Origin: a bacterium
GTDB taxonomy: Bacteria; Patescibacteriota; Patescibacteriia; Patescibacteriales; UBA12465
NCBI GenBank assembly: GCA_035400585.1
Contig: DAOMZR010000001.1
Coordinates: 191,347 to 255,346 of the forward strand
Direction of reading: 5' to 3'
DNA length: 64,000 nt
Shown here: piece by piece, positions 1 to 8,700 of the stretch
Layout: each line of letters begins with the position of its first letter
How positions within the stretch are numbered: position 1 is the stretch's first letter
The notes under the pieces: model-generated
The model's database searches: none
Told to the model about the DNA's origin: nothing
What the model saw: the letters and a program-made list of their open reading frames with translations, nothing else
Made by a program: the position numbers and the translations under genes

Positions 1-1
1 T

Positions 2-1021
2 ATTGTTCAAATTTACGCTCGTGAAATTATCAATGGTCAGTTAGGAGAAGAATTTCATTATTATCTAAAATCGGACAAATCAGTCGGCTCTTCTTATTTT
101 GTTCATAAAATAAGCGATGAATTTTTACAAGAAAAGGGAAGCGATCCCGAAAAAATTTTGTTGGCTTTTAAGGAGTTTGTTGGCAATTCAGTGGTCGTTG
201 GTCATAATATCACTTTTGATATTAACATGGTTAGAGAAAATTCAAAAAGATATAATTTAAATTTTGAATTCAAGAATTATTACGATACTCTAGATTTATC
301 TAAAAGATTTTTAAATCTTGATAATTATAAGTTAGGAAATATAGCAAAAAAACTAAATTTTCAAATGGCTACTCACAGTGCTGATGATGACGTAGCCACA
401 ACTATTGAGTTGTTAATGTTTTTAAGTAATAAATTAGAAAAAACCAGTTTTGCCAGGGAGGCTGTTTGGAACAAATTCAAGGCTAAATTTATTGGTCTAA
501 GTTCTGATATAAATAATTTAGAAAAACAAATAGATAAATTGAGACCAGCAGATTTTTTAGATTTTATTTGGAAAGAGTCTGGCTTGGCTAACCACTATGA
601 AAAAGACGGTAACTTTGAACAAAGAAAAAAATCTTATCAAACACTAAAAACTTTTTTCGAAAACAGGGACGATCTTGATTTGCCAAACAGAACATCTTTA
701 TATAATTTAATTCATTACTCTGGTTTGGTAAAAAATATTGATTTTTTGGGAATTGAAAATGGTAGAATACCGGTAGTAACCATTCATCAGGTAAAGGGCT
801 TAGAATTTGATTATATTTTTTTATTGGGATTAAATGAAGGTATTTTTCCATTTTTTAAAACAGATAATTATGAGGAAGAAAAAAGACTTTTCTATGTTGC
901 TCTAACCAGAGCCAAGAAAAAAGTCTTTTTATCTTATAGTAAGTTTAATTATTACAATTATCCAGTGGCTAAAAGTCGTTTAATAGATATGATTGATGCT
1001 GATTTTGTTGAAAATATTTAA
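2..1021 (+). CDS. Partial (5' end off-window) fusion protein: DEDDh/DnaQ-like 3'-5' exonuclease domain followed by a UvrD-like helicase C-terminal segment
   Basis: The reading frame is open from nt 2 through the track's TTG start at 158, so the gene continues upstream of the window. Exonuclease motifs: 'VVGHNITFDINM' and 'THSADDDVATT' (H-x4-D, Exo III type). Helicase C-terminal motifs: 'VTIHQVKGLEFDYIFLLG' and 'RLFYVALTRAKKKVFLSY'. Confidence 0.7.
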   Translation: MVQIYAREIINGQLGEEFHYYLKSDKSVGSSYFVHKISDEFLQEKGSDPEKILLAFKEFVGNSVVVGHNITFDINMVRENSKRYNLNFEFKNYYDTLDLSKRFLNLDNYKLGNIAKKLNFQMATHSADDDVATTIELLMFLSNKLEKTSFAREAVWNKFKAKFIGLSSDINNLEKQIDKLRPADFLDFIWKESGLANHYEKDGNFEQRKKSYQTLKTFFENRDDLDLPNRTSLYNLIHYSGLVKNIDFLGIENGRIPVVTIHQVKGLEFDYIFLLGLNEGIFPFFKTDNYEEEKRLFYVALTRAKKKVFLSYSKFNYYNYPVAKSRLIDMIDADFVENI

Positions 1022-1042
1022 AAAAGATGATATAATTACAGT

Positions 1043-2287
1043 ATGAGTAAAAAAATTTTAGTTTTTTGTTTGTTTTTATTTTTTTTAGGGTTTTTTGTCA
1101 AAAGCTCTAGTTTTGTTTTGGGCCAAACAATTGACGATATTGACCAGGAAATTAAGACTTTAAATAATCAGATAGAAGGACAAAGAAAGCAGTTAGAATC
1201 GGTACAAGAACAACAAAAACAGTATACGGCTTTAATAAAAAAGAAAGAACAAGAACAAGATAGTCTTAAAAATCAACTAGAAATATTAGATGATCGAGCG
1301 AAGGTGGTTGAATTGGAGATTGAAGAGGTTAAAATAGAAATAAGTAAAAACAATCTTGAAGCAAAAAAAATAGCGATTGATATTGATAATAATAACAACA
1401 AAATAAACAAAGAAAAAAATCACATATCAGATTTACTTAAGTTGTTGTATAAACAAAATAAAACAACCCCGATAGAGATAATACTTCTAAATGACTCCTT
1501 AACTGATTTTATTGATCAGGTAAAATATTTAGAAAATACCAATAGTGAGGTTAGTAAAAGCTTGGTTTCGTTAAAGGATTTAAAAGAGCAACTAGAAAAA
1601 CAAGAAGAAATATTGAAAGAGAAGGAAAAAAAATTACAAGAATTAAAAGATGAGCTAGAAAAAAAACAATTAATTCTTAGTGGAGAGTTGGAAAATAAAG
1701 AATTTCTATTAAGTGAAACTAAAAAATCAGAACAAGAATATAGAAAATTGCTTGAAATGGCAAGAAAAGAGCAAGAAAAAGCTTCTAGTGAAATTTTGGC
1801 CTTAGAAAAGAGTGTTAGAGCTAAGATAGCTGAAAGACAAAAGGTGGGGGATAAGGATGTTAATGTTTTTAGTGATAGTGGTTTTGCTTGGCCAGTTGCA
1901 AAAAATGTTATTACAGCTTCTTTTCATGATCCAGATTATCCATTCAGACGAAGTATTGGTGAACATCCAGCTATTGATATTAGAGCTGCTCAAGGTTCAA
2001 CCTTAAAAGCGGCTGCCTCTGGATATGTTGCTCGTGTTAAGTTTAATGGAACAACTGCTTATTCTTATATAATGATAATTCATGAAGATGGCTATTCTAC
2101 TGTTTATGGGCATATTTCAGGAGTTAGTGTTAAAGAAGATGATTATGTTATTCAGGGTCAAGTAATAGGAAAAACTGGTGGGGCACCTAGAACAATTGGA
2201 GCCGGGGCTTTTTCTACTGGTCCTCATCTTCATTTCGAAATTAGAAAAGACGGAATACCAGTTGATCCAGAACCATTATTGCCATAA
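1043..2287 (+). CDS. M23 family metallopeptidase with N-terminal signal/TM segment and a long coiled coil (EnvC-like murein hydrolase/activator)
   Basis: Hydrophobic N-terminus, then ~250 aa of heptad-like K/E/Q/L-rich sequence. C-terminal M23 motifs: 'HPAIDIRAAQGSTLKAAASGYV', 'GHISGVSV' and 'GPHLHFEIRKDGIPVDPEPLL'. Confidence 0.85.
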   Translation: MSKKILVFCLFLFFLGFFVKSSSFVLGQTIDDIDQEIKTLNNQIEGQRKQLESVQEQQKQYTALIKKKEQEQDSLKNQLEILDDRAKVVELEIEEVKIEISKNNLEAKKIAIDIDNNNNKINKEKNHISDLLKLLYKQNKTTPIEIILLNDSLTDFIDQVKYLENTNSEVSKSLVSLKDLKEQLEKQEEILKEKEKKLQELKDELEKKQLILSGELENKEFLLSETKKSEQEYRKLLEMARKEQEKASSEILALEKSVRAKIAERQKVGDKDVNVFSDSGFAWPVAKNVITASFHDPDYPFRRSIGEHPAIDIRAAQGSTLKAAASGYVARVKFNGTTAYSYIMIIHEDGYSTVYGHISGVSVKEDDYVIQGQVIGKTGGAPRTIGAGAFSTGPHLHFEIRKDGIPVDPEPLLP

Positions 2288-2300
2288 TTAAACTTAAAAT

Positions 2301-3374
2301 ATGAAAAAAACTAATAAAAAAGCTTTTACTCTGATTGAGTTATTAGTAGTAATAGCAATTATTGGTATTTTAGCAACCTTAGCTGTTGTAGCTTTACAAC
2401 AAGCTCGTTCTCGTGCTCGCGATTCAAAGCGTGTAGCTGATATGAAACAACTCCAAACCGCTTTAGAATTGTTTTTTAATGAAAATAGTAGATATCCCAC
2501 TACTGATGAATGGAATAGTGGTTCTATAGTTTCTAGTTCTAGTGGTGAAACTTTTATGTATTCCTTACCATTAGCACCATCACCAGCTGATGGTGATTGT
2601 GCCACAGCTTCAAATTCTTATTCTTATATTCCGCAAAACAATGGGGCTAGTTACACAATTTCCTTTTGTCTAGGAAAACAAATTGCCGATTTATCAGAGG
2701 GAGCGAAGTGTTTAACACCCGGTGGTTTTGTTAATTGTTCTGGTGGGGGTGTTGAAGAAGAAACATCTGGTTCATTTGTAGATAGCAGGGATGGTAAAAC
2801 TTACTCCTGGGTTAAAATAGGTGATGATATTTGGATGAATACTAATTTAAATTATGATGGTAACTTTGTGGTTCAAGAAAATCAAGCCCCTTGTATCGAA
2901 GATGTTGTCGGTTGGAATTATTGGTCTTGTCAAATAGACAACAACAATCAAGAAAGATCTTGTTTTAACAACGTGGAAGGGAACTGCTCTTCTTACGGTG
3001 GTTTATATGAATGGTCAGAGGCAATGGGATTTCCTTATCAATGTAATTCAGCCTTTTTTTGGGATGGACAAAGTGATGATTGTGGTTTAGGCGGCAGTGC
3101 TTATGTAATAGATGCAAAACATCAAGGAATTTGTCCTAATGGATGGCACCTACCAAGTGATACAGAGTTAAGCAATTTATCAAATAATTACAACAATCAT
3201 TTTTCAGCTGATTTTCCAAGTATGTTTATTTACTTTTGGTCAGCAGTGCCAACTCAGGGATATGGACCTATTTTAGCAAAATATTTTTCTTTAGATTCTG
3301 GTGATAATTCTTATGTAAATATAAGTGAAACAAATAAATCATTAGCATCTAATATAAGGTGTGTAAAAGATTAA
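2301..3374 (+). CDS. Type IV pilin-like protein (prepilin cleavage/methylation N-terminus) fused to a Fibrobacter succinogenes major paralogous (FISUMP) domain
   Basis: N-terminus 'KKAFTLIELLVVIAIIGILATLAV' is the class III signal / pilin helix. C-terminal half carries FISUMP hallmarks: 'DGKTYSWVKIGDDIWMNTNLNY', 'GGLYEWSEAM' and 'CPNGWHLPSDTELSNL'. Confidence 0.8.
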   Translation: MKKTNKKAFTLIELLVVIAIIGILATLAVVALQQARSRARDSKRVADMKQLQTALELFFNENSRYPTTDEWNSGSIVSSSSGETFMYSLPLAPSPADGDCATASNSYSYIPQNNGASYTISFCLGKQIADLSEGAKCLTPGGFVNCSGGGVEEETSGSFVDSRDGKTYSWVKIGDDIWMNTNLNYDGNFVVQENQAPCIEDVVGWNYWSCQIDNNNQERSCFNNVEGNCSSYGGLYEWSEAMGFPYQCNSAFFWDGQSDDCGLGGSAYVIDAKHQGICPNGWHLPSDTELSNLSNNYNNHFSADFPSMFIYFWSAVPTQGYGPILAKYFSLDSGDNSYVNISETNKSLASNIRCVKD

Positions 3375-3398
3375 AAAAAACATACCTATACAATTATA

Positions 3399-3423
3399 AA
3401 AAACCCCGATATTCGGGGTTTTT
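3399..3423. terminator. Bidirectional rho-independent terminator between convergent genes
   Basis: 'aaaaaccccgatattcggggttttt': GC stem cccg/cggg flanked by an A-run and a T-run. It sits between the pilin-like gene end (3374) and the xer gene end (3422). Confidence 0.7.
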
Positions 3424-4372
3424 ATATTTTTCTATTGGAGTGAATTTTTCGATGAATATCTCCTAATTGTTTGCTAGTGACATGAGTGTAAACTTGAGTG
3501 GTGGCTATATTTTTATGTCCCAAAAATTCTTGTACTAGTCTTAAATCAACTCCTTGTGACATTAAGTCAGTTGCAAAACTATGTCTTAAAGTGTGTGGTG
3601 TAGCCATGACAGGCAAACCACTTATTTTTATATATTTTTTAACAATTGATTCAATACTTTTAGCCGTTAACCTCCTAGATTCTCCTGTTTTTTCAATTCC
3701 TGGTTTATAATTTATAAATAGGGCAGGGTCAATGTCGCTTCTTTTATCTAAATATTTTTTAATAGCTTTTAAAGCTCTTTCGGAAAAATAAACCGTTCTT
3801 ACTTTTTGTCCCTTACCAACAACACTTATTTCTAAAAAATCAGAACCGCTTTTTATTTTTATTTGATCTCTATTTAAAGCGATAAGCTCTGAAACGCGCA
3901 AACCAGTAGAGAAGAGAGTTTCTAGAATAGATCTGTCTCTTAAACCTTTTATATCGGATTCGTCTGGTGATTCTAATAATCTTTTTAATTGATCTAAATT
4001 TAAAAATTTTATTTCTCGCTCTGATCTGTCCTTGGCCAATTTTATCTTGCTAGGGGGCAGAGACGTGATGTTTTTCTCAACAAAAAATTCTAAAAGAGAC
4101 CTAAGGGCTATTAAATAGTAGTTTTGAGTACTTTTCTTAAGCGGACGATTGTTTAAAGGATTTATATGTCTGGATAGAAACAGGCGATATTTCCAGACGT
4201 GATCTTCGTTTAAGTCTTCTGGTTTTAAATCAGCCAGATTGGATGACTTCAACCACTTAAAAAAGTTATTTAGAAATCTAGAATAATTTTCTTGGGTTTT
4301 AAGGGAAAGTCCTTTTTCAATTTCGCTATAATCAAGAAAGTCCCTTAGATAAGTTATTATTGGTTTGTTCAT
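3422..4372 (-). CDS. Tyrosine site-specific recombinase, XerC/XerD family
   Basis: N-terminal SAM-like core-binding region. C-terminal catalytic box 'HTLRHSFATDLMSQGVDLRLVQEFLGHKNIATTQVYTHV' carries the R..H-x-x-R..Y signature. Confidence 0.85.
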   Translation of the reverse strand: MNKPIITYLRDFLDYSEIEKGLSLKTQENYSRFLNNFFKWLKSSNLADLKPEDLNEDHVWKYRLFLSRHINPLNNRPLKKSTQNYYLIALRSLLEFFVEKNITSLPPSKIKLAKDRSEREIKFLNLDQLKRLLESPDESDIKGLRDRSILETLFSTGLRVSELIALNRDQIKIKSGSDFLEISVVGKGQKVRTVYFSERALKAIKKYLDKRSDIDPALFINYKPGIEKTGESRRLTAKSIESIVKKYIKISGLPVMATPHTLRHSFATDLMSQGVDLRLVQEFLGHKNIATTQVYTHVTSKQLGDIHRKIHSNRKI

Positions 4373-4484
4373 GAGGGGAAAGGTATAAATTATGATTTAA
4401 AGCTAATTATCTTATTATACTATACTTCGCATAATGTATATTAATTAACTTTATATATTAATTATAAAGACAAACAGGCCTTTA

Positions 4485-4640
4485 GTCAAGATATCCTTAA
4501 TAAATAGTCAATCCCATTAATCTTATTTCTGGAACAAACAACAATCCTATTTTTAAAAAAATTAAAAAAACACCTACAACAACTAAACAAAAAATAAAAA
4601 TTGCTAGACCAAAAATAAATTTAAATGTTCCTTCTCCCAT
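4485..4640 (-). CDS. Possible small (51 aa) single-pass membrane protein, not in the ORF track
   Basis: My own translation of the minus strand: MGEGTFKFIFGLAIFIFCLVVVGVFLIFFKNRIVVCSRNKINGIDYLLRIS. It has an ATG start and a hydrophobic core. I see no recognisable homology. Confidence 0.2.
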
Positions 4641-4662
4641 ATTTTTAAATTAATTATATTAA

Positions 4663-5622
4663 TTAGCGAAAATATATTTTATCTCCATATCTAATGTCTA
4701 TATATTCAACACCCTTTAATTTGTCTCTATATTCGTTTCTAAGCATCATAAAACGTCTGATTTGGGTGTCATAATCATCTTTTAAGCTAAAAAAGACTAG
4801 AACGTCATTATAAAGCTTAACCTTGATTGTGTCTCTTGACTCATCAATGACAAATTTTTTAGCCCTAAAATCACTTTCTATACCCAAATCATTGTAAAGT
4901 TTTTTGGTGAAATCAAGGTATTCTTTGCTAATTTTAGCTTGTTTTTTTTCAAAATTAATTAAAGATGAGGTCTCGATATTTTCAATTATTGGATTAAAAT
5001 TATCTTTTAAGATATTTTCTTTTAATTTTAAACATTCATTTTCTGCTTCTAGAAGCCTTTTTTCAATGTTTTCGAGTGTTTCTTGGCTTGTAGATGCTAA
5101 ATTATCCTGATTAACTTCAATATTTTCAGAATTTTCTATATCTGAACAAACTTTTTGCTCTAAAACTAAATTAGCCTGATTATCAAGATAGTAAAAAGTG
5201 CTACCTTCTTCTAAAATATAGGCTATTTCCCTTTCCTCTATATTTATTTTTATGCCAGAAAAAGGCCCCTTTTTAACATCTAGCTTGGAGAAATTATAAA
5301 CGTTCATTTTTTCAATTAACTCTTGTTTGTTAAAAAAAACTACATTTTTTTGAGGAAAAACAAACGTTTTGCCAGAATCAACCTGATCTTGAACTATTTT
5401 TTCTATTTCTTCCTGATTAATTCTACTCAAACCATTGATTTTTATATTTTTTATAACAAATATTTGGGTAAAAAAAACTAAATATATTAGAAATATTAAG
5501 ACAATAGACCCTGTTACTAAACAATATAAGCATCTTTTTTTAAATCTTTTATTGCTTTTTTCCTTAATAAAAGGGTTATTTATCCTTTTTCCGGTTATTT
5601 TTGTAAGTTCAGCTCTACTCAT
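4663..5622 (-). CDS. ftsQ: FtsQ-type cell division protein (TM anchor + POTRA domain)
   Basis: N-terminal TM 'CLYCLVTGSIVLIFLIYLVFF' is followed by a POTRA-like segment, 'FVIKNIKINGLSRINQEEIEKIV'. The gene lies immediately downstream of alr in a cell-wall context. Confidence 0.6.
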   Translation of the reverse strand: MSRAELTKITGKRINNPFIKEKSNKRFKKRCLYCLVTGSIVLIFLIYLVFFTQIFVIKNIKINGLSRINQEEIEKIVQDQVDSGKTFVFPQKNVVFFNKQELIEKMNVYNFSKLDVKKGPFSGIKINIEEREIAYILEEGSTFYYLDNQANLVLEQKVCSDIENSENIEVNQDNLASTSQETLENIEKRLLEAENECLKLKENILKDNFNPIIENIETSSLINFEKKQAKISKEYLDFTKKLYNDLGIESDFRAKKFVIDESRDTIKVKLYNDVLVFFSLKDDYDTQIRRFMMLRNEYRDKLKGVEYIDIRYGDKIYFR

Positions 5623-5624
5623 AA

Positions 5625-6779
5625 TTAAACTATTTTTCTTTTAATTCTATTATTTAAACGACAAAGAAGTTCATAATTAACGATGTTGATTTTTTTGCAA
5701 AGATTTTCAACCGAATTTTCCATGTCATTTATTTCTGATATTATTTGAACTTTATCGCCAATTTCAATTTTATTGTCGAAACAATTTATACAGGAAAGGT
5801 TCATGCAAACATTTCCAGCTATTTTTGCCCAAAAAATGCTATTATTTTTGTTGAATAAAAATTTTGCACAGTTAGAAAATCTTCTATCAAGACCTTCAAA
5901 GTATCCAAAAGGTATTACTGCAATATTGTTTTGATTATCATTAACAAAACTTTCGGCATAAGAAACCTTTTCTCCTTCTGATAGTTGGTTATGGACGTTA
6001 ACTACGGTAGAGTAAAGCCTTAAAGATGGTTTTAAATTGTTTTTTGCTTGATTATAATAAGAATCACTCTCTCTTAGTGGATTATAGCCATAAAAAGCTA
6101 ATCCTGGCCTAAAGGCAGTATAAATATCGTTCTTGAGATTAAAAATTGCGGCTGAATTGCCTAGGTGAATCCATTTCGGATATATTTTATTGTTTTTAAG
6201 ATCATTCAGGGCTTCTATAAATCTATCTTCCTGTAGTTTGTTAAAATTACTGTCCGAATTATCGGCTTCGGCTAAATGAGAGCAAAAACCGGTTATCTCT
6301 ACTTGATCTAAAAATTTTTTATTATCATTTATAAACTTTGACAAGTCATCTATTCCCTCTCGGTTCATTCCGGTGTTTACAAATAAATGAATTTTAATCT
6401 TTTTACCATACTTCGACAAATATTTTAAAGTTTTTTCATTATAAATAACAAATTCTGTTCTTTTAAATTTACAATATTTGTAAGTCTTAAGTGGCATTTC
6501 TCCCAAAATCAAAACTTGACCTTTAAAATTTTTATAAACTATTTGAGCTTCAGGAAAAGAATCAACAGCCACCATCTTAATGTTGGTTTTATTTAATATT
6601 TTACAAATCTCTTTTAAACCATGTCCGTAAGCATTACTTTTTAAAACTGGGAAAATTTCTGCTTTTGTTTGTAAGGATTGTAAATAGTTAATATTGTGCC
6701 AAATACTTTTGCTTATAATTTCTATTTCATTTAAGGGCTGGTATCTTGGTTTTATTATTTCTTTTATTAAATTAATCAT
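5625..6779 (-). CDS. alr: Alanine racemase
   Basis: PLP-lysine motif 'PVLKSNAYGHGL'. Length of 384 aa and overall N-terminal barrel plus C-terminal beta domain layout fit the family. Confidence 0.85.
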   Translation of the reverse strand: MINLIKEIIKPRYQPLNEIEIISKSIWHNINYLQSLQTKAEIFPVLKSNAYGHGLKEICKILNKTNIKMVAVDSFPEAQIVYKNFKGQVLILGEMPLKTYKYCKFKRTEFVIYNEKTLKYLSKYGKKIKIHLFVNTGMNREGIDDLSKFINDNKKFLDQVEITGFCSHLAEADNSDSNFNKLQEDRFIEALNDLKNNKIYPKWIHLGNSAAIFNLKNDIYTAFRPGLAFYGYNPLRESDSYYNQAKNNLKPSLRLYSTVVNVHNQLSEGEKVSYAESFVNDNQNNIAVIPFGYFEGLDRRFSNCAKFLFNKNNSIFWAKIAGNVCMNLSCINCFDNKIEIGDKVQIISEINDMENSVENLCKKINIVNYELLCRLNNRIKRKIV

Positions 6780-6782
6780 AAA

Positions 6783-8636
6783 TTATTTAAATATAACAAC
6801 CTTGCCTTTTCCAGTAGATAATAAATCACCATCCAAATTAGTATTAATATTATTTAAATTCTGAAAAATTTCTTGTCCAGTGAAATCATCATAAGCCGTA
6901 AATTTAATATCTCTAACCAAGTCCAAAACTTTTCCCAAATCTTCTTTTCCTGGAATTAAAGTTATTTCAAAATTAGCTCGATACTTATTAATACCAGCAT
7001 CAATTTCGTTTATTTCCCAAATTAATCTTTTGCCAATTTCGGCATAAGTAAGTTTTCCATCAAGAACTCTTTTATTTTCGGAAAAATAAACATTATCGGG
7101 TAATTCAGCTGTTAAAACAAAATTTTTTAATTTATTTCCCGAGTTGTTAAATTCTAAAAATACCCAGTAATTAGTAGCTAAATCAACTGCCGGAGGCAAT
7201 GGTCCAACACCTAACTGATCACCCTGAGGACTATAATAACGAGCCAAAACACTTCCCAGGACCTCAGAAACTATCTTTGTTTTTGGTGAATAAGATATGT
7301 ATCTAACATTTTGATTATTAATTTGATATTCAACATCAGCCACTAATAAAATTTCTTGATTGGCTAAAACCTGACGTCTTTCAAAAGAAACTTCTAAATC
7401 AATTTCGCCTTCTTCCTGAGAAATCAGATCTTCAATAATAATAGTATTTTTTTCAATTCTAGTATTTTTAGGAACGGAAATTCCTTCCACCGAAGATAAA
7501 AACAAACCAATCTGACCAGAATTTAATCTAATATTAATATTTTTTATACTCTCAGAACTTTGATTGTTATATTTGATTTTATAATTAATCTTTTCTCCGT
7601 TTTCAGCAATATTTTTGTTGGAATTTATTTCTATTTTTATCTCTGGATCACTGACGTTAAAACTTAAATTATTTTCATTTTGATGAAATTTATTATTTAA
7701 AAAATCGAAAGATATTTTTGGTTTAATTTCAACATTATTAGCTTTACTCGTTAAAAAGACAGAATATTCCAAACTTTGTCTTGGCTCTATCTTTTCCAAA
7801 AATAATTTATTATTTTCTATTTTTAAGTCTGATTTTTTTAATTCAATTGAATCACTTAATTCTATTTCTAAATTTTTTAATTCTCGACTAGCATTATTTT
7901 TAATAAACAGCTTAGCTTCAACCTCGCTACCATTATAAATTTTATCTGGAAAATTAATACTAAAATCATTAAAATATTTGCTAATATTGTAAAAATAAGA
8001 ACTAGATATTCCCTCTTTACCACATTTATCACAAGCAAAATTGAAAGAAATCATTTGATGATCGCCTTTATTTCCTATGACATAACCCTCTATTTTTATC
8101 TTGCCAGTACTACCAGATGGTAAATTTTCCAAATAAAAGGTGTTTTTTTCTCCATCATAATAATTGAGTGGGGTTGCACTTTCTAAAATAAAGTTTCTAG
8201 GAAATTCTACCTTGATTTTACCATCCTTTACATCCTCATTAGTCCTATACTCCAATTCAAATGTTTTAAGTTGACCAGCTACAACATTTTGATCATCAAC
8301 ATTTATTTTTAGAGCTATTTTATCATCTTTATTGGAAAACGATATAAAAGAAAAAATAATCAAACCTATAATTATCAAAACTAAAATGACATCAGCGACT
8401 AAATGCCAAAAATTTTCCTGGTAATGTCTCTCGTGTCTTTTTTTGAGTGAATCTGATATTAAATTTAAACTACCAATAACAAAATTACCTCCTTTTTTAA
8501 CATTAACACCTTCCGGAGTAATTTTTACTGCCTGTTCTTGATCTAAACTAGAAATCTCTAGATTACTATTTACAGGTTCAATAACCTCCAGATTTCCATC
8601 ATTTTTATCAAATGTTTCTTGGTTATTTTTATTCAT
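6783..8636 (-). CDS. Hypothetical membrane-anchored surface protein with repeated beta-rich (CARDB/DUF11-like) segments
   Basis: Single TM 'LVADVILVLIIIGLIIFSFISF' after a ~75-aa N-terminal region. A long N/K/I/E-rich extracytoplasmic part follows. No catalytic motif recognised. Confidence 0.4.
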   Translation of the reverse strand: MNKNNQETFDKNDGNLEVIEPVNSNLEISSLDQEQAVKITPEGVNVKKGGNFVIGSLNLISDSLKKRHERHYQENFWHLVADVILVLIIIGLIIFSFISFSNKDDKIALKINVDDQNVVAGQLKTFELEYRTNEDVKDGKIKVEFPRNFILESATPLNYYDGEKNTFYLENLPSGSTGKIKIEGYVIGNKGDHQMISFNFACDKCGKEGISSSYFYNISKYFNDFSINFPDKIYNGSEVEAKLFIKNNASRELKNLEIELSDSIELKKSDLKIENNKLFLEKIEPRQSLEYSVFLTSKANNVEIKPKISFDFLNNKFHQNENNLSFNVSDPEIKIEINSNKNIAENGEKINYKIKYNNQSSESIKNINIRLNSGQIGLFLSSVEGISVPKNTRIEKNTIIIEDLISQEEGEIDLEVSFERRQVLANQEILLVADVEYQINNQNVRYISYSPKTKIVSEVLGSVLARYYSPQGDQLGVGPLPPAVDLATNYWVFLEFNNSGNKLKNFVLTAELPDNVYFSENKRVLDGKLTYAEIGKRLIWEINEIDAGINKYRANFEITLIPGKEDLGKVLDLVRDIKFTAYDDFTGQEIFQNLNNINTNLDGDLLSTGKGKVVIFK

Positions 8637-8700
8637 ATTTTTATCTTTTATATGTCTTAATTATAGTTTATTTTTGATTTAAAAGCAATGTGATTTTTTT

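Noticed and set aside
3422-4372. The tyrosine recombinase as the integrase of a mobile element carrying the neighbouring pilin-FISUMP or M23 genes.
   Set aside because: There is no flanking direct repeat, no tRNA target, and no phage or plasmid genes nearby. Its size and motifs fit a chromosomal XerC/D-type recombinase.
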